IMG/VR virus record: IMGVR_UViG_3300036814_001747
Location: 1 to 30,713 of that record
Length of the DNA: 30,713 bases
Direction: 5' to 3' (one strand)
DNA from: a virus
Taxonomy: Duplodnaviria; Caudoviricetes
Numbering within the stretch: position 1 is the first letter of the stretch; each line of letters starts with the position of its first letter. This document shows positions 1 to 7,207 of this stretch, piece after piece. Below the pieces are notes generated by a model. It had not been told where the DNA came from, did not search any database, and saw only the letters and a list, made by a program, of their open reading frames with translations. The position numbers and the translations under genes are program-made.

Positions 1-4
1 CTGC

Positions 5-68
5 TTGCGGGCAGCGGTTGTGGACGTTATACTTGTTGTGTGACGTGGACAACAACAGCAAACAGGAG
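5..68 (+). promoter_or_regulatory. Early promoter-like repeat copy 1
   Basis: TTGCGG(5-10)-N17-TATACT(28-33), GGTTGTGG in the spacer, then TTGTTGT..ACAACAA inverted repeat and RBS. Confidence 0.65.
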
Positions 69-77
69 ATGACAGCA

Positions 78-362
78 ATGGCAGAACTCAAAATCACAGT
101 CGAGCTCACTTTTGGAGAAGCGGCAATTGCGGAGCTGCTCGCACTGGCAGGTCGATTTGCAGACACTGAGTCTGGCACCCGTGCCGTTACCGTTGACGAC
201 CTGAAAGACAATCCGCAGTGGCTTGAGCGTTTGATCGTTCAGCTGCGGGAGACGCCTTTTGAAGAGGAGATAATTGCTGAGTCGCAGAATGCGATCGACA
301 ACGATTGGCTGGGAGATTTTACCAGCGTTGCTCGTTTGGAAGAAGCTGAAGAAGAAGACTGA
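78..362 (+). CDS. Small acidic hypothetical early protein
   Basis: ORF 18..362. Start moved to ATG 78, 9 nt after CAGGAG. Lies downstream of promoter-like repeat 1 and ends LEEAEEED. Confidence 0.75.
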   Translation: MAELKITVELTFGEAAIAELLALAGRFADTESGTRAVTVDDLKDNPQWLERLIVQLRETPFEEEIIAESQNAIDNDWLGDFTSVARLEEAEEED

Positions 363-377
363 GAAAGATGAAGAAAC

Positions 378-452
378 AAGCACTTCGTGGCAGCTGAACA
401 CGGTTGTGGTCGTTATACTTGTTGTAAGGCAAACGAAACAACAAACAGGAGA
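378..452 (+). promoter_or_regulatory. Early promoter-like repeat copy 2
   Basis: CAGCTG(391-396)-N17-TATACT(414-419). 411-452 is identical to 784-825. Confidence 0.7.
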
Positions 453-460
453 TGAAGAAG

Positions 461-634
461 ATGCTCGACAGAACTGAAAAACTTTTCACGCCTGAAGCCG
501 CTGAAAAAGCCGCTGCCGACATGCAACGCGGAGACGAAGACTGGACGTATGTTGTCCGACACTGCCCGAAAGGAACTGGATATTCCTTTATCGAAATTTG
601 GGACGAATGCGGCGAGATGATTGGCAAGGTCTGA
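461..634 (+). CDS. Small hypothetical early protein
   Basis: ORF 452..634. ATG 461 is the better-spaced start after the AGGAG RBS. Confidence 0.7.
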   Translation: MLDRTEKLFTPEAAEKAAADMQRGDEDWTYVVRHCPKGTGYSFIEIWDECGEMIGKV

Positions 635-666
635 TTCACTTCACAACAACAACGGGAGACGGTACG

Positions 667-735
667 ATGGACAACGGTTGGCTGGACGATTTATGCAGCA
701 TTGCGAGCCTGGAAGAAGCTGAAAAAGAAGACTGA
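667..735 (+). CDS. 22-aa micropeptide MDNGWLDDLCSIASLEEAEKED, paralogous to the C-terminus of ORF 78..362
   Basis: GGGAGA RBS upstream of ATG 667. Aligns with DNDWLGDFTSVARLEEAEEED and has the same stop context TGAGAAAGATGA. Confidence 0.5.
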   Translation: MDNGWLDDLCSIASLEEAEKED

Positions 736-750
736 GAAAGATGAGGAACG

Positions 751-825
751 AGCTGCCTTCGGGCAGCTTTGCTCCACAACCTACGTTATACTTGTTGTAA
801 GGCAAACGAAACAACAAACAGGAGA
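751..825 (+). promoter_or_regulatory. TTCG-loop hairpin plus promoter-like repeat copy 3
   Basis: AGCTGCC-TTCG-GGCAGCT (751-768). CAGCTT(764-769)-N17-TATACT(787-792). CCACAACC in the spacer. Confidence 0.7.
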
Positions 826-831
826 CACAAA

Positions 832-1203
832 ATGACCAAACAACTTCCAGATTTCGCTGCTGACAACCATGTGCTCGATGCACTTGCAAGCTGCATGATT
901 GGCGAGATGACAGGCGAGCTCTCCGGGCGAGAGGTCCTCGATCGTTTCGCAGCAGCTGAATCTCGCGACGCTGCAAGCATGGACAGGCGCCTAAAGCGAG
1001 TCCAAGAAGTGGCAGCATACATCGTGCTGGTTCTGGACGATGGTCGCGAACGCAAACGCGGAGAAATCCGCCTGGGTGTCGCGGAAGCAATCACGTTTCA
1101 ACACGCAGACGAATTCAACGAAGTTCTCAATCACATGGTGAAAAAGGGTGTTGTCGCCAAACGCTCGATCACCAAAGCAACGGCAGCTTTCAAGCTCGCA
1201 TAA
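832..1203 (+). CDS. Hypothetical early protein
   Basis: ORF 769..1203. ATG 832 (MTKQLPDF) follows the CAGGAG RBS. Confidence 0.75.
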   Translation: MTKQLPDFAADNHVLDALASCMIGEMTGELSGREVLDRFAAAESRDAASMDRRLKRVQEVAAYIVLVLDDGRERKRGEIRLGVAEAITFQHADEFNEVLNHMVKKGVVAKRSITKATAAFKLA

Positions 1204-1217
1204 CTCAAGGAATCTCC

Positions 1218-1580
1218 ATGTCCATCACATTCTGGGTCCCATCTGCAGAAGACTCTCACGCTCCAGAGCTCAATGTCGCAAACGGCAATTTCCAGCATCT
1301 TGGAGAGGCTTTGGGATTAAACCCTGCCGCAATTGAAGACGGGTGCGGGCAGATCGCAGCTGGAGATCTGTACGACAAAGTCCGTAAACTGCAACGCGGG
1401 CTGGAAGAGCAGCATCAAGAATTTGAGCGGAGCGAGGTCGTCAACACTCCGGACGACACAGGCGGCTGCACAGAGATTCTGTGCGGATGCACTGCACAGC
1501 AGCTTGAACGGTACTGCGGCATACTGCTGCAAGTGGTCGTGACAGCATACCGTTACGAATCTGATATCACTTTTTCTTAG
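1218..1580 (+). CDS. Phage hypothetical protein (ELNVANGN..LGL motif)
   Basis: 120-aa ORF with AAGGA RBS, contiguous with its neighbours. Confidence 0.75.
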   Translation: MSITFWVPSAEDSHAPELNVANGNFQHLGEALGLNPAAIEDGCGQIAAGDLYDKVRKLQRGLEEQHQEFERSEVVNTPDDTGGCTEILCGCTAQQLERYCGILLQVVVTAYRYESDITFS

Positions 1581-1591
1581 AAAGAAGGCTG

Positions 1592-1780
1592 ATGAAATTA
1601 ACTGAAAAACAAGAGATGTTGATCGACAGTATCTGCTCGACAAGCGACTGCGAAAATGAGGCACGCGACGGCACAGTGTACTGCCGAGCCTGCTTGAACG
1701 GTGGAGATAGAAAAGCAACTGACGCCGCGATTGCTTTGAAGAAACTTATTGAAAAGGAAGCGAAACGAAGCACTCCGTGA
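1592..1780 (+). CDS. Small Cys-containing protein (CxxxxC..CxxC, possible Zn finger)
   Basis: 62 aa, CSTSDC...YCRAC, GAAGG RBS. Confidence 0.65.
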   Translation: MKLTEKQEMLIDSICSTSDCENEARDGTVYCRACLNGGDRKATDAAIALKKLIEKEAKRSTP

Positions 1781-1840
1781 CAGCTAATCGCGGTTGTGGT
1801 CGTTATACTCGTTGTAGAGGTTAGCAAACAACGCAACAAC
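1768..1840 (+). promoter_or_regulatory. Early promoter-like repeat copy 4
   Basis: CAGCTA(1781-1786)-N17-TATACT(1804-1809). About 70 bp near-identical to copy 5. Confidence 0.7.
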
Positions 1841-1853
1841 GGAAAGCAAAACA

Positions 1854-2042
1854 ATGACACGAACACGAAAAGACAGCGAAGGACGCATCTGGGAATACAA
1901 CGAAGGAGAAGGAACGTGGAGTTACGGCGAATTCCTGATTGGAATGGGCGCTCTGAACGTTCGGAAATTTGCAAACTGGAATGCGGACTGCAAGTATCCA
2001 GAAGAATTCAAGACTTTGAAACTGGCGATGGAATCTTGCTGA
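1854..2042 (+). CDS. Small hypothetical early protein
   Basis: 62-aa ORF directly after repeat copy 4. Confidence 0.7.
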   Translation: MTRTRKDSEGRIWEYNEGEGTWSYGEFLIGMGALNVRKFANWNADCKYPEEFKTLKLAMESC

Positions 2043-2217
2043 ATGGGGGGAGACGAATAACGCCAACTATCGCAAGCACAACGACGGGCAGCACAACTCC
2101 AGCACCTATCACAAAAAAGACGGCACTCCTGTCCGCTCAATTCTCAACCGTGAATCACAGAAAGAAATCGACGAATTGGAAGAAGATCCAGCAGATCGAC
2201 CCTCAAAAAAGAAGTGA
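2043..2217 (+). pseudogene. Small ORF out of frame by one G in a G6 tract (MGETNNANYRKHNDG...PSKKK if G5)
   Basis: ATG abuts the upstream TGA. Deleting one G (2045-2050) opens a 57-aa ORF that stops at the TGA of the shared TGAGAAAGATGAAGAAAC motif. Confidence 0.55.
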
Positions 2218-2232
2218 GAAAGATGAAGAAAC

Positions 2233-2310
2233 AAGCACTCCATGACAGCTAATCGCGGTTGTGGTCGTTATACTTGTTATAGAGGTTAACAAACAACGCA
2301 ACAAAGGAGA
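2233..2310 (+). promoter_or_regulatory. Early promoter-like repeat copy 5
   Basis: CAGCTA(2246-2251)-N17-TATACT(2269-2274), followed by an AAAGGAG RBS. Confidence 0.7.
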
Positions 2311-2316
2311 TGAGAG

Positions 2317-2586
2317 ATGGAACTTCCAGAAGGCTGCAAAAAAGTTGAGCTGACACTTGTTGGGCTCGACGGTAACGCATTCGCGTTGATGGGTGCGTTC
2401 AGCAATGCTGCAAAGCGGCAGGGTTGGAATGCAGCAGCAGTCAAAGCCGTGTGCAATGAGTGCATGAGCGGCGACTACAACGCATTGCTCCGCACATTGA
2501 TGTCGGTGTGCGACGAAGGAGAAGAAGTTGACGACGATGACGAGGAAGGAGACGATGAACACTGGGACGAAGGTGAAGAGTACTAG
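2317..2586 (+). CDS. Phage hypothetical protein (LVGLDGNAF...SGDY type) with acidic tail
   Basis: The LVGLDGNAFALMG and SGDYNALL motifs recall small phage proteins. Strong RBS and D/E-rich C-terminus. Confidence 0.8.
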   Translation: MELPEGCKKVELTLVGLDGNAFALMGAFSNAAKRQGWNAAAVKAVCNECMSGDYNALLRTLMSVCDEGEEVDDDDEEGDDEHWDEGEEY

Positions 2587-2607
2587 TCTTCACAATCGAT
2601 GGGAAAG

Positions 2608-2690
2608 GCAGCCCTTCGGGGCTGCTAATCTCCACAACCTGTGTTATACTTGTTGTGTGACGTGGACAGCAAACAGGAAACAGGAAACAC
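2608..2690 (+). promoter_or_regulatory. TTCG-loop hairpin plus promoter-like repeat copy 6
   Basis: GCAGCCC-TTCG-GGGCTGC (2608-2625). CTGCTA(2622-2627)-N17-TATACT(2645-2650). CCACAACC in the spacer. Downstream half matches copy 1. Confidence 0.7.
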
Positions 2691-2692
2691 AG

Positions 2693-2908
2693 ATGAAACT
2701 TTCAAGCAACCAACTCAACGCACTGAAGACAATCCGCCGAACCCTGGTAAATGGCGTTGGGCGGACAACGGACGTCAGAGCAGCCAAAGGATTGGAGAAA
2801 AAAGGCATCGTGAACATTCTTACTCTCGATGGGGCCAACGTGTCAGATCATCGAGGAATCGCCGGAAACTGCACAGGCACGCGATGTGCAAGATGCGAAA
2901 TCGTATAA
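2693..2908 (+). CDS. Small hypothetical protein (possible winged-helix-like)
   Basis: In-frame ATG 2693 (MKLSSNQLNALK) after CAGGA within ORF 2528..2908. Confidence 0.65.
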   Translation: MKLSSNQLNALKTIRRTLVNGVGRTTDVRAAKGLEKKGIVNILTLDGANVSDHRGIAGNCTGTRCARCEIV

Positions 2909-2913
2909 CAGGA

Positions 2914-3077
2914 GAAGAGGTGCCTTCTGCACGGTAAAGCGGTGTGCCTGAATAGGCATCCAGAAGCGAATCGGGGATACAAAGGCAGGTAAAACTCGGC
3001 GACCTGGACCCGGCACTACAGCCTCTCGAAGAAGCTGCACTCGGCTAGACTGAGTGCCGTGCAGAAGACACCTCCTC
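2914..3077. other. ~165-bp non-coding element closed by a 21-bp imperfect inverted repeat (candidate structured RNA or MITE-like element)
   Basis: 2914-2934 pairs with 3057-3077 with 2 mismatches, both G-U on the minus strand. Internal hairpins are present. Confidence 0.5.
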
Positions 3078-3148
3078 ACCAAAATATTCAAGTTTCAGGT
3101 TGAACCTTTAATCTTCCTCTTGCACAATTCGATCAAAGGAGAAATGAG

Positions 3149-3343
3149 ATGCTTACTCCAAGAAGCTACACCGAACTGAGACAGGGCGACGTTATCGTTC
3201 TGGAAGGCGACGTGCTCATCACTATTGATCGGGTTGTGAAGAAGCAGAAGACCTTCACCGTAGTCGAGGGGACTGATAAAGTGAGATACACTTTTGATGG
3301 TCTCGTCTTCACTGCGGATTCTTCCGTACTTCAAACGATCTGA
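3149..3343 (+). CDS. Small beta-rich hypothetical protein
   Basis: 64 aa, AAAGGAG RBS. Confidence 0.7.
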   Translation: MLTPRSYTELRQGDVIVLEGDVLITIDRVVKKQKTFTVVEGTDKVRYTFDGLVFTADSSVLQTI

Positions 3344-3350
3344 GAGATAA

Positions 3351-3869
3351 ATGGCACCGACGAAAAAAGCGTCCACCACAGAGATGACAGACACCCTTTG
3401 GAAAACCTTGCTTGATGAATGCTGCCAGCGTGCTGAAGATGGCCCACTCAATCAAGAGCACACGGCTCACGGCTACGATCATTGGGAGCGTGTCCGCACT
3501 GCTGGCATGATGCTTGCATACATGGAGGGAGGGTCTCCTAAAATCTCTCAGGCGTTTGCGTGGCTGCACGATTGCTGTCGCGAAAATGAGGTGCACGACC
3601 CACGACACGGTCGCCGTGCTGCACTGTTCGCTCAGACATTACGAACCCGAGGCATCCTACGGGTAACAGACGACGAGTGGGAGACGCTAAAAGAGGCGCT
3701 CACAGATCACAACGGAGGACGCACACATCCAGACATCGATGTCGCGTGCTGCTGGGATGCAGATCGACTCGACCTGGGTAGGGTTCACATAACTCCGGAG
3801 ATGCGTTTCATGTCCACAGCAACGGGCATCGGTATCGTGGAGCAGATGAACAGACTCGACCCACGATAA
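3351..3869 (+). CDS. HD-domain metal-dependent phosphohydrolase
   Basis: HGYDHWERV, FAWLHDC (HD), HGRRAA and CWDADRLDLGRV motifs. Confidence 0.85.
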   Translation: MAPTKKASTTEMTDTLWKTLLDECCQRAEDGPLNQEHTAHGYDHWERVRTAGMMLAYMEGGSPKISQAFAWLHDCCRENEVHDPRHGRRAALFAQTLRTRGILRVTDDEWETLKEALTDHNGGRTHPDIDVACCWDADRLDLGRVHITPEMRFMSTATGIGIVEQMNRLDPR

Positions 3870-3889
3870 TTACCAGGGATTGAACGGAA

Positions 3890-4630
3890 CTACAGGTTCC
3901 GTCCTTTTGGTGTATGCCGGATTCGATACACGCCTGGAATGTCAACTGCAACGCTCTTGCCAACCGCTTTGCGATAATGCTGATCGCATCTGCAGGAACG
4001 GAATCCATCTACGTTCTTCTCCAGCGGTTTGGATCTCTCATTCCCTTCGAGGTATCCCTCCTCCCTCGCCAAATTGCCTGACACGATTTGGATTCCTCCA
4101 ATCGCTCGTCCGTAATGTTTTGGCACGAACAGTTTCTCGTCTGCCAAGAACCAATCTTCATGAACTTTTCTCGAGCGTTCGATCAGCCTATCGCCTGCCA
4201 GCTCATCTATGTTCGCACCTACCGTTCGCGGATAGTAGACGCAGCGTCTGTCTAAATCGCATTCTTCGATCGCGACTTCCAGAGACAGATTGTGGAAGAG
4301 ATAATCGCAATCCGTGAACCACACTACATCGGCATCTGTCTGTTTTGCTGCTATGTTTCTACCACAAGCTCTTCGGAACAGATGGGAATGAGGAAGCGGC
4401 AGCAGCACAAGACGGACGCCATTTGTCGTCAGCAGAGGTTCCATTTCCTTCAAGCACTGGACAGTCTTGGGATCATCTTTTGCGTACGCCACTGTGATAG
4501 AAACCCAGCAATCGTTCGTCCGACTGAAGAGTGATGACAACTGGTACCGTAACAGGTAGGCGTAGATATCTGTTTGTCCTGCCCAGCAATGCGTGACAAT
4601 CTCGATGGAATTATTGGCGCTCGTCGTCAC
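3890..4630 (-). CDS. GT-A/GT2-like glycosyltransferase
   Basis: GRNIAAKQTDADVVWFTDCDYLF is a GT2-type RN..A...FxDxD signature. GTG 4630 follows AGGAGG. Confidence 0.8.
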   Translation of the reverse strand: MTTSANNSIEIVTHCWAGQTDIYAYLLRYQLSSLFSRTNDCWVSITVAYAKDDPKTVQCLKEMEPLLTTNGVRLVLLPLPHSHLFRRACGRNIAAKQTDADVVWFTDCDYLFHNLSLEVAIEECDLDRRCVYYPRTVGANIDELAGDRLIERSRKVHEDWFLADEKLFVPKHYGRAIGGIQIVSGNLAREEGYLEGNERSKPLEKNVDGFRSCRCDQHYRKAVGKSVAVDIPGVYRIRHTPKGRNL

Positions 4631-4805
4631 CTGGATTGTCCTCCTCAAGACAGAGTGGTTGGTTCAACGCCCACCTATGACATAGGAAGGCTATCTTTTC
4701 ATTGGAACCTGGAAAGAACTTACACGGACGCGTGACGTCGTAATCTTCAAAGTCTTCAATCGCCCTGTCAATCCCATCCAAACGCTGCTCAAGATTCTTG
4801 CTCAC
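4611..4805 (-). CDS. Small hypothetical protein (PGSxEK..L..R....PL motif)
   Basis: 64-aa ORF filling the gap within the operon. Confidence 0.7.
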   Translation of the reverse strand: MSKNLEQRLDGIDRAIEDFEDYDVTRPCKFFPGSNEKIAFLCHRWALNQPLCLEEDNPGDDERQ

Positions 4806-4807
4806 GC

Positions 4808-5368
4808 CTACCAGTAATCATAGGTGTCGCAAAAGTCCTCTTCTTTACGAGTGACGATTGCACGAAGCTTCTTATCATCTATCTTCGCGACTTCTTTGAA
4901 CCTGTGCCAAGATGTTTGATTGAGAGGGTTCAATCCTTTCAGTATTCCTTCATCCACTTTGAAGCCGAAAGGAGCGAGAAAATCAAACAGACAATGAGGG
5001 AGATCCTCCATACGGAGCACTGAGCCTGCCTTGTAAGTATCGAACATCGTCCCCACAGCACCCTCATCTAATCTACCGACGAACTCGGTAAAAGATTTGG
5101 ACTCGCGAGAGTGCATCTTGAAGACATTGTCAACAGCAGGAACGTCTACGTGTCCTCCACCAAGAGAAAAGTAATATGATTTGAGCCAGGTGTACGGATG
5201 CCGAACCATCGACAATTGTATCTGACTCTCGTATTTTGGCCACGGCTGATGCTTTGCAGACGCACGACCTTCAACAGGCTCGATACCAAGCCTACCGAGT
5301 ACATCGATGGTCCATGTGGTTGCTGTACGAGGTGCTGAGCAGAAGGAAAAACCCTTGTATCTAATCAT
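4808..5368 (-). CDS. PAPS-dependent sulfotransferase family protein
   Basis: 5'-PSB loop APRTATTW and 3'-PB motif VRHPYTWLKSYY. Confidence 0.8.
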   Translation of the reverse strand: MIRYKGFSFCSAPRTATTWTIDVLGRLGIEPVEGRASAKHQPWPKYESQIQLSMVRHPYTWLKSYYFSLGGGHVDVPAVDNVFKMHSRESKSFTEFVGRLDEGAVGTMFDTYKAGSVLRMEDLPHCLFDFLAPFGFKVDEGILKGLNPLNQTSWHRFKEVAKIDDKKLRAIVTRKEEDFCDTYDYW

Positions 5369-5940
5369 TCTTCATCCTTTACGATGTAGCCCCAAAGACG
5401 CTTCCCTGGGGAGATGATTTTGTCTCTCCCAAACTTCTCTTCAACTGCTTTCTGGACACCCTTGTACGTGCCTCCGAAATCGTGACCACAAATAATGCCA
5501 CGTGTCTTCGGAAGCCACGCATCGAGATCCTCTTTGACGGATTGGTATGAGTGGTTCGCATCGATAAAGACAAAATCGTATTCCTTGTCTTTGGATGCTG
5601 CTGCTACCTTGATTGACGGCAGTGTGAAGATGAGGCAGTGATTGGTGATACCCCTACCGATATTTCGATCCCCCACCCGATTGAGATGTTGGATTTTATC
5701 CCAGGCGAGATCTTTGATTTTGTCCCACTCATCTTGCGTGAGCTTGCCTGTTCGTTTGTGCGTTTTGTGATAGGTAGAACCTTCGTCCCATGCCTTCCAC
5801 ATATCAACAAAGTAGAGACGACAATCAACGAACGCCTTAATCAAAGCAACGGATGTCTCAGCTTTGTAGACACCTACCTCTACTCCTGTTTTTGGTTCAC
5901 CAACCGCGTCACGAATCATCCTGATCAATGCCTTTTGCAC
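5365..5940 (-). CDS. Class I SAM-dependent methyltransferase (Methyltransf_24-like)
   Basis: VEVGVYKAETS, YDFVFIDANHSY, IICGHDF. Start GTG 5940 or ATG 5919. Confidence 0.85.
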   Translation of the reverse strand: MQKALIRMIRDAVGEPKTGVEVGVYKAETSVALIKAFVDCRLYFVDMWKAWDEGSTYHKTHKRTGKLTQDEWDKIKDLAWDKIQHLNRVGDRNIGRGITNHCLIFTLPSIKVAAASKDKEYDFVFIDANHSYQSVKEDLDAWLPKTRGIICGHDFGGTYKGVQKAVEEKFGRDKIISPGKRLWGYIVKDEE

Positions 5941-6550
5941 AGCTCGGCTTCCTCTTAATGGCGAATATCTTCCTGAGACATTCATCGGGACCAGTAACAG
6001 ATAGAACAGACTGAACAACAGCCTGCTCTTCAAATAACTCTCGATACTCTTCATCTGTTGCGGCAAAGCAATCTGCGAAATTACCTCGCGTCCCTAGCTT
6101 ATCGTGCCACTCCGTCCACTCAATGTAGAGTGTTCCAGTTGGCTTGAGTGACATCAGCCAAGTTTCAAGAGTATTACGCGGGTCTCGGCTGTGGTCAAAC
6201 GAATTGGTGTAGATAACATCAAAATTATCGTGCCACCCCTTCTGTATCTGATCAAAGTCTTGCAGCAGCACTCTGTCGTCTCGATCAGCCGCCCGTTTGC
6301 AGATCTCTGTTCCAATCCAATCTCCACCAAAAAAGAATTGAAACAGATCCAGTTCTTGTCCTGTTCGTACACCGTGGCAGAGCCCCTGCGTGGGACAGTT
6401 TCCTCTAGGATACCCATAATGCTCAAAACAAGCGGCGACCACTTCATGAATCGCGAAGCACCTCAACTTGACTTTATTCAACTTGCGATTGGTAATTCGA
6501 TCTTGAGCAAGACGATAGGCTTTGTAGCTCTTGAACTCGTGCTGTTTCAT
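5909..6550 (-). CDS. Class I SAM-dependent methyltransferase-like protein
   Basis: LCHGVRTGQE, IGTEI, FDVIYTNSFDH, LKPTGTLYIEW. TAATG overlap with the upstream gene. Confidence 0.75.
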   Translation of the reverse strand: MKQHEFKSYKAYRLAQDRITNRKLNKVKLRCFAIHEVVAACFEHYGYPRGNCPTQGLCHGVRTGQELDLFQFFFGGDWIGTEICKRAADRDDRVLLQDFDQIQKGWHDNFDVIYTNSFDHSRDPRNTLETWLMSLKPTGTLYIEWTEWHDKLGTRGNFADCFAATDEEYRELFEEQAVVQSVLSVTGPDECLRKIFAIKRKPSCAKGIDQDDS

Positions 6551-7197
6551 TAGATCTTTTCTAAGCAATCACAATGACGATGAAACCAAACTTCTTCAAC
6601 CCTGTCTCCGAAGTCTGCTTTGAAATCATCCAAACCAGCTTGGACGTGATCTGCCTTCTCGCGTCGATTACGGACGTCGTCAAACAGCATCCAGCCGCCC
6701 TTCTTCAGCAACGGCAGTGAAAGCATCGCGTCTTTGTAAACAGCGTCCGAGTTATGATCGCCGTCGACTACAACGAGGTCGAATGATTCTTTTGGAAGCA
6801 CCTTCAAAACGTCGGCACTGAAACCTTTGTGGATTGTCACCTTACCTGGAGCAACTGACAAATTGGCACGAGCATTCGCTTCGACCTGATTCATTCTATC
6901 TTTCTTGAGCTTGCGAGTTGGCTCCCAAGGATCGATGGCAACGGCGTGTGACTCGCGATTCTTCAGAATGTTTTGCAAGCACCACACCAGGTCCATACCC
7001 TCAAACACTCCGATCTGAACCATCTTGACGGGATCCATTCCGCCGTATTTCGGAAGCAGGAACGTACTCCACGTCTTCTGATTGCGATAGCGGAACCAAG
7101 ACTTGGTAAACGCCATCTGTTTCTTGCCCTCAATGCCCACGTTTTGCTCGTTGGGCAATTTCTTGAAAGCTTCTTCTTTGCGTGCTGCGAGGTCCAT
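6550..7197 (-). CDS. Class I SAM-dependent methyltransferase (Methyltransf_24-like)
   Basis: QIGVFEG, FDLVVVDGDH, LKKGGWMLFDD. Start ATG 7197 (MDLAARK). Confidence 0.85.
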   Translation of the reverse strand: MDLAARKEEAFKKLPNEQNVGIEGKKQMAFTKSWFRYRNQKTWSTFLLPKYGGMDPVKMVQIGVFEGMDLVWCLQNILKNRESHAVAIDPWEPTRKLKKDRMNQVEANARANLSVAPGKVTIHKGFSADVLKVLPKESFDLVVVDGDHNSDAVYKDAMLSLPLLKKGGWMLFDDVRNRREKADHVQAGLDDFKADFGDRVEEVWFHRHCDCLEKI

Positions 7198-7207
7198 CAA
7201 AAACTCC

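Noticed and set aside
771-781. DnaA boxes / replication origin from TCCACA-like words
   Set aside because: Poor match to TTWTNCACA, only one copy per promoter, and no AT-rich unwinding region.
1796-2245. 149-aa ORF spanning repeat copy 4
   Set aside because: It starts inside the promoter repeat with no RBS and overlaps two better ORFs.
1-2700. CRISPR array or integron attC array
   Set aside because: Spacing is 370-1020 bp and irregular, with whole genes between repeats. The core GTTATAC does not fit GTTRRRY, and no cas or integrase gene is in the window.
2914-3077. tRNA or tmRNA
   Set aside because: No T-arm GTTCRA, no CCA end and no cloverleaf dimensions.
3100-3128. Sigma70-like promoter TTGAAC-N17-CACAAT
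   Set aside because: A single weak match with no independent support.
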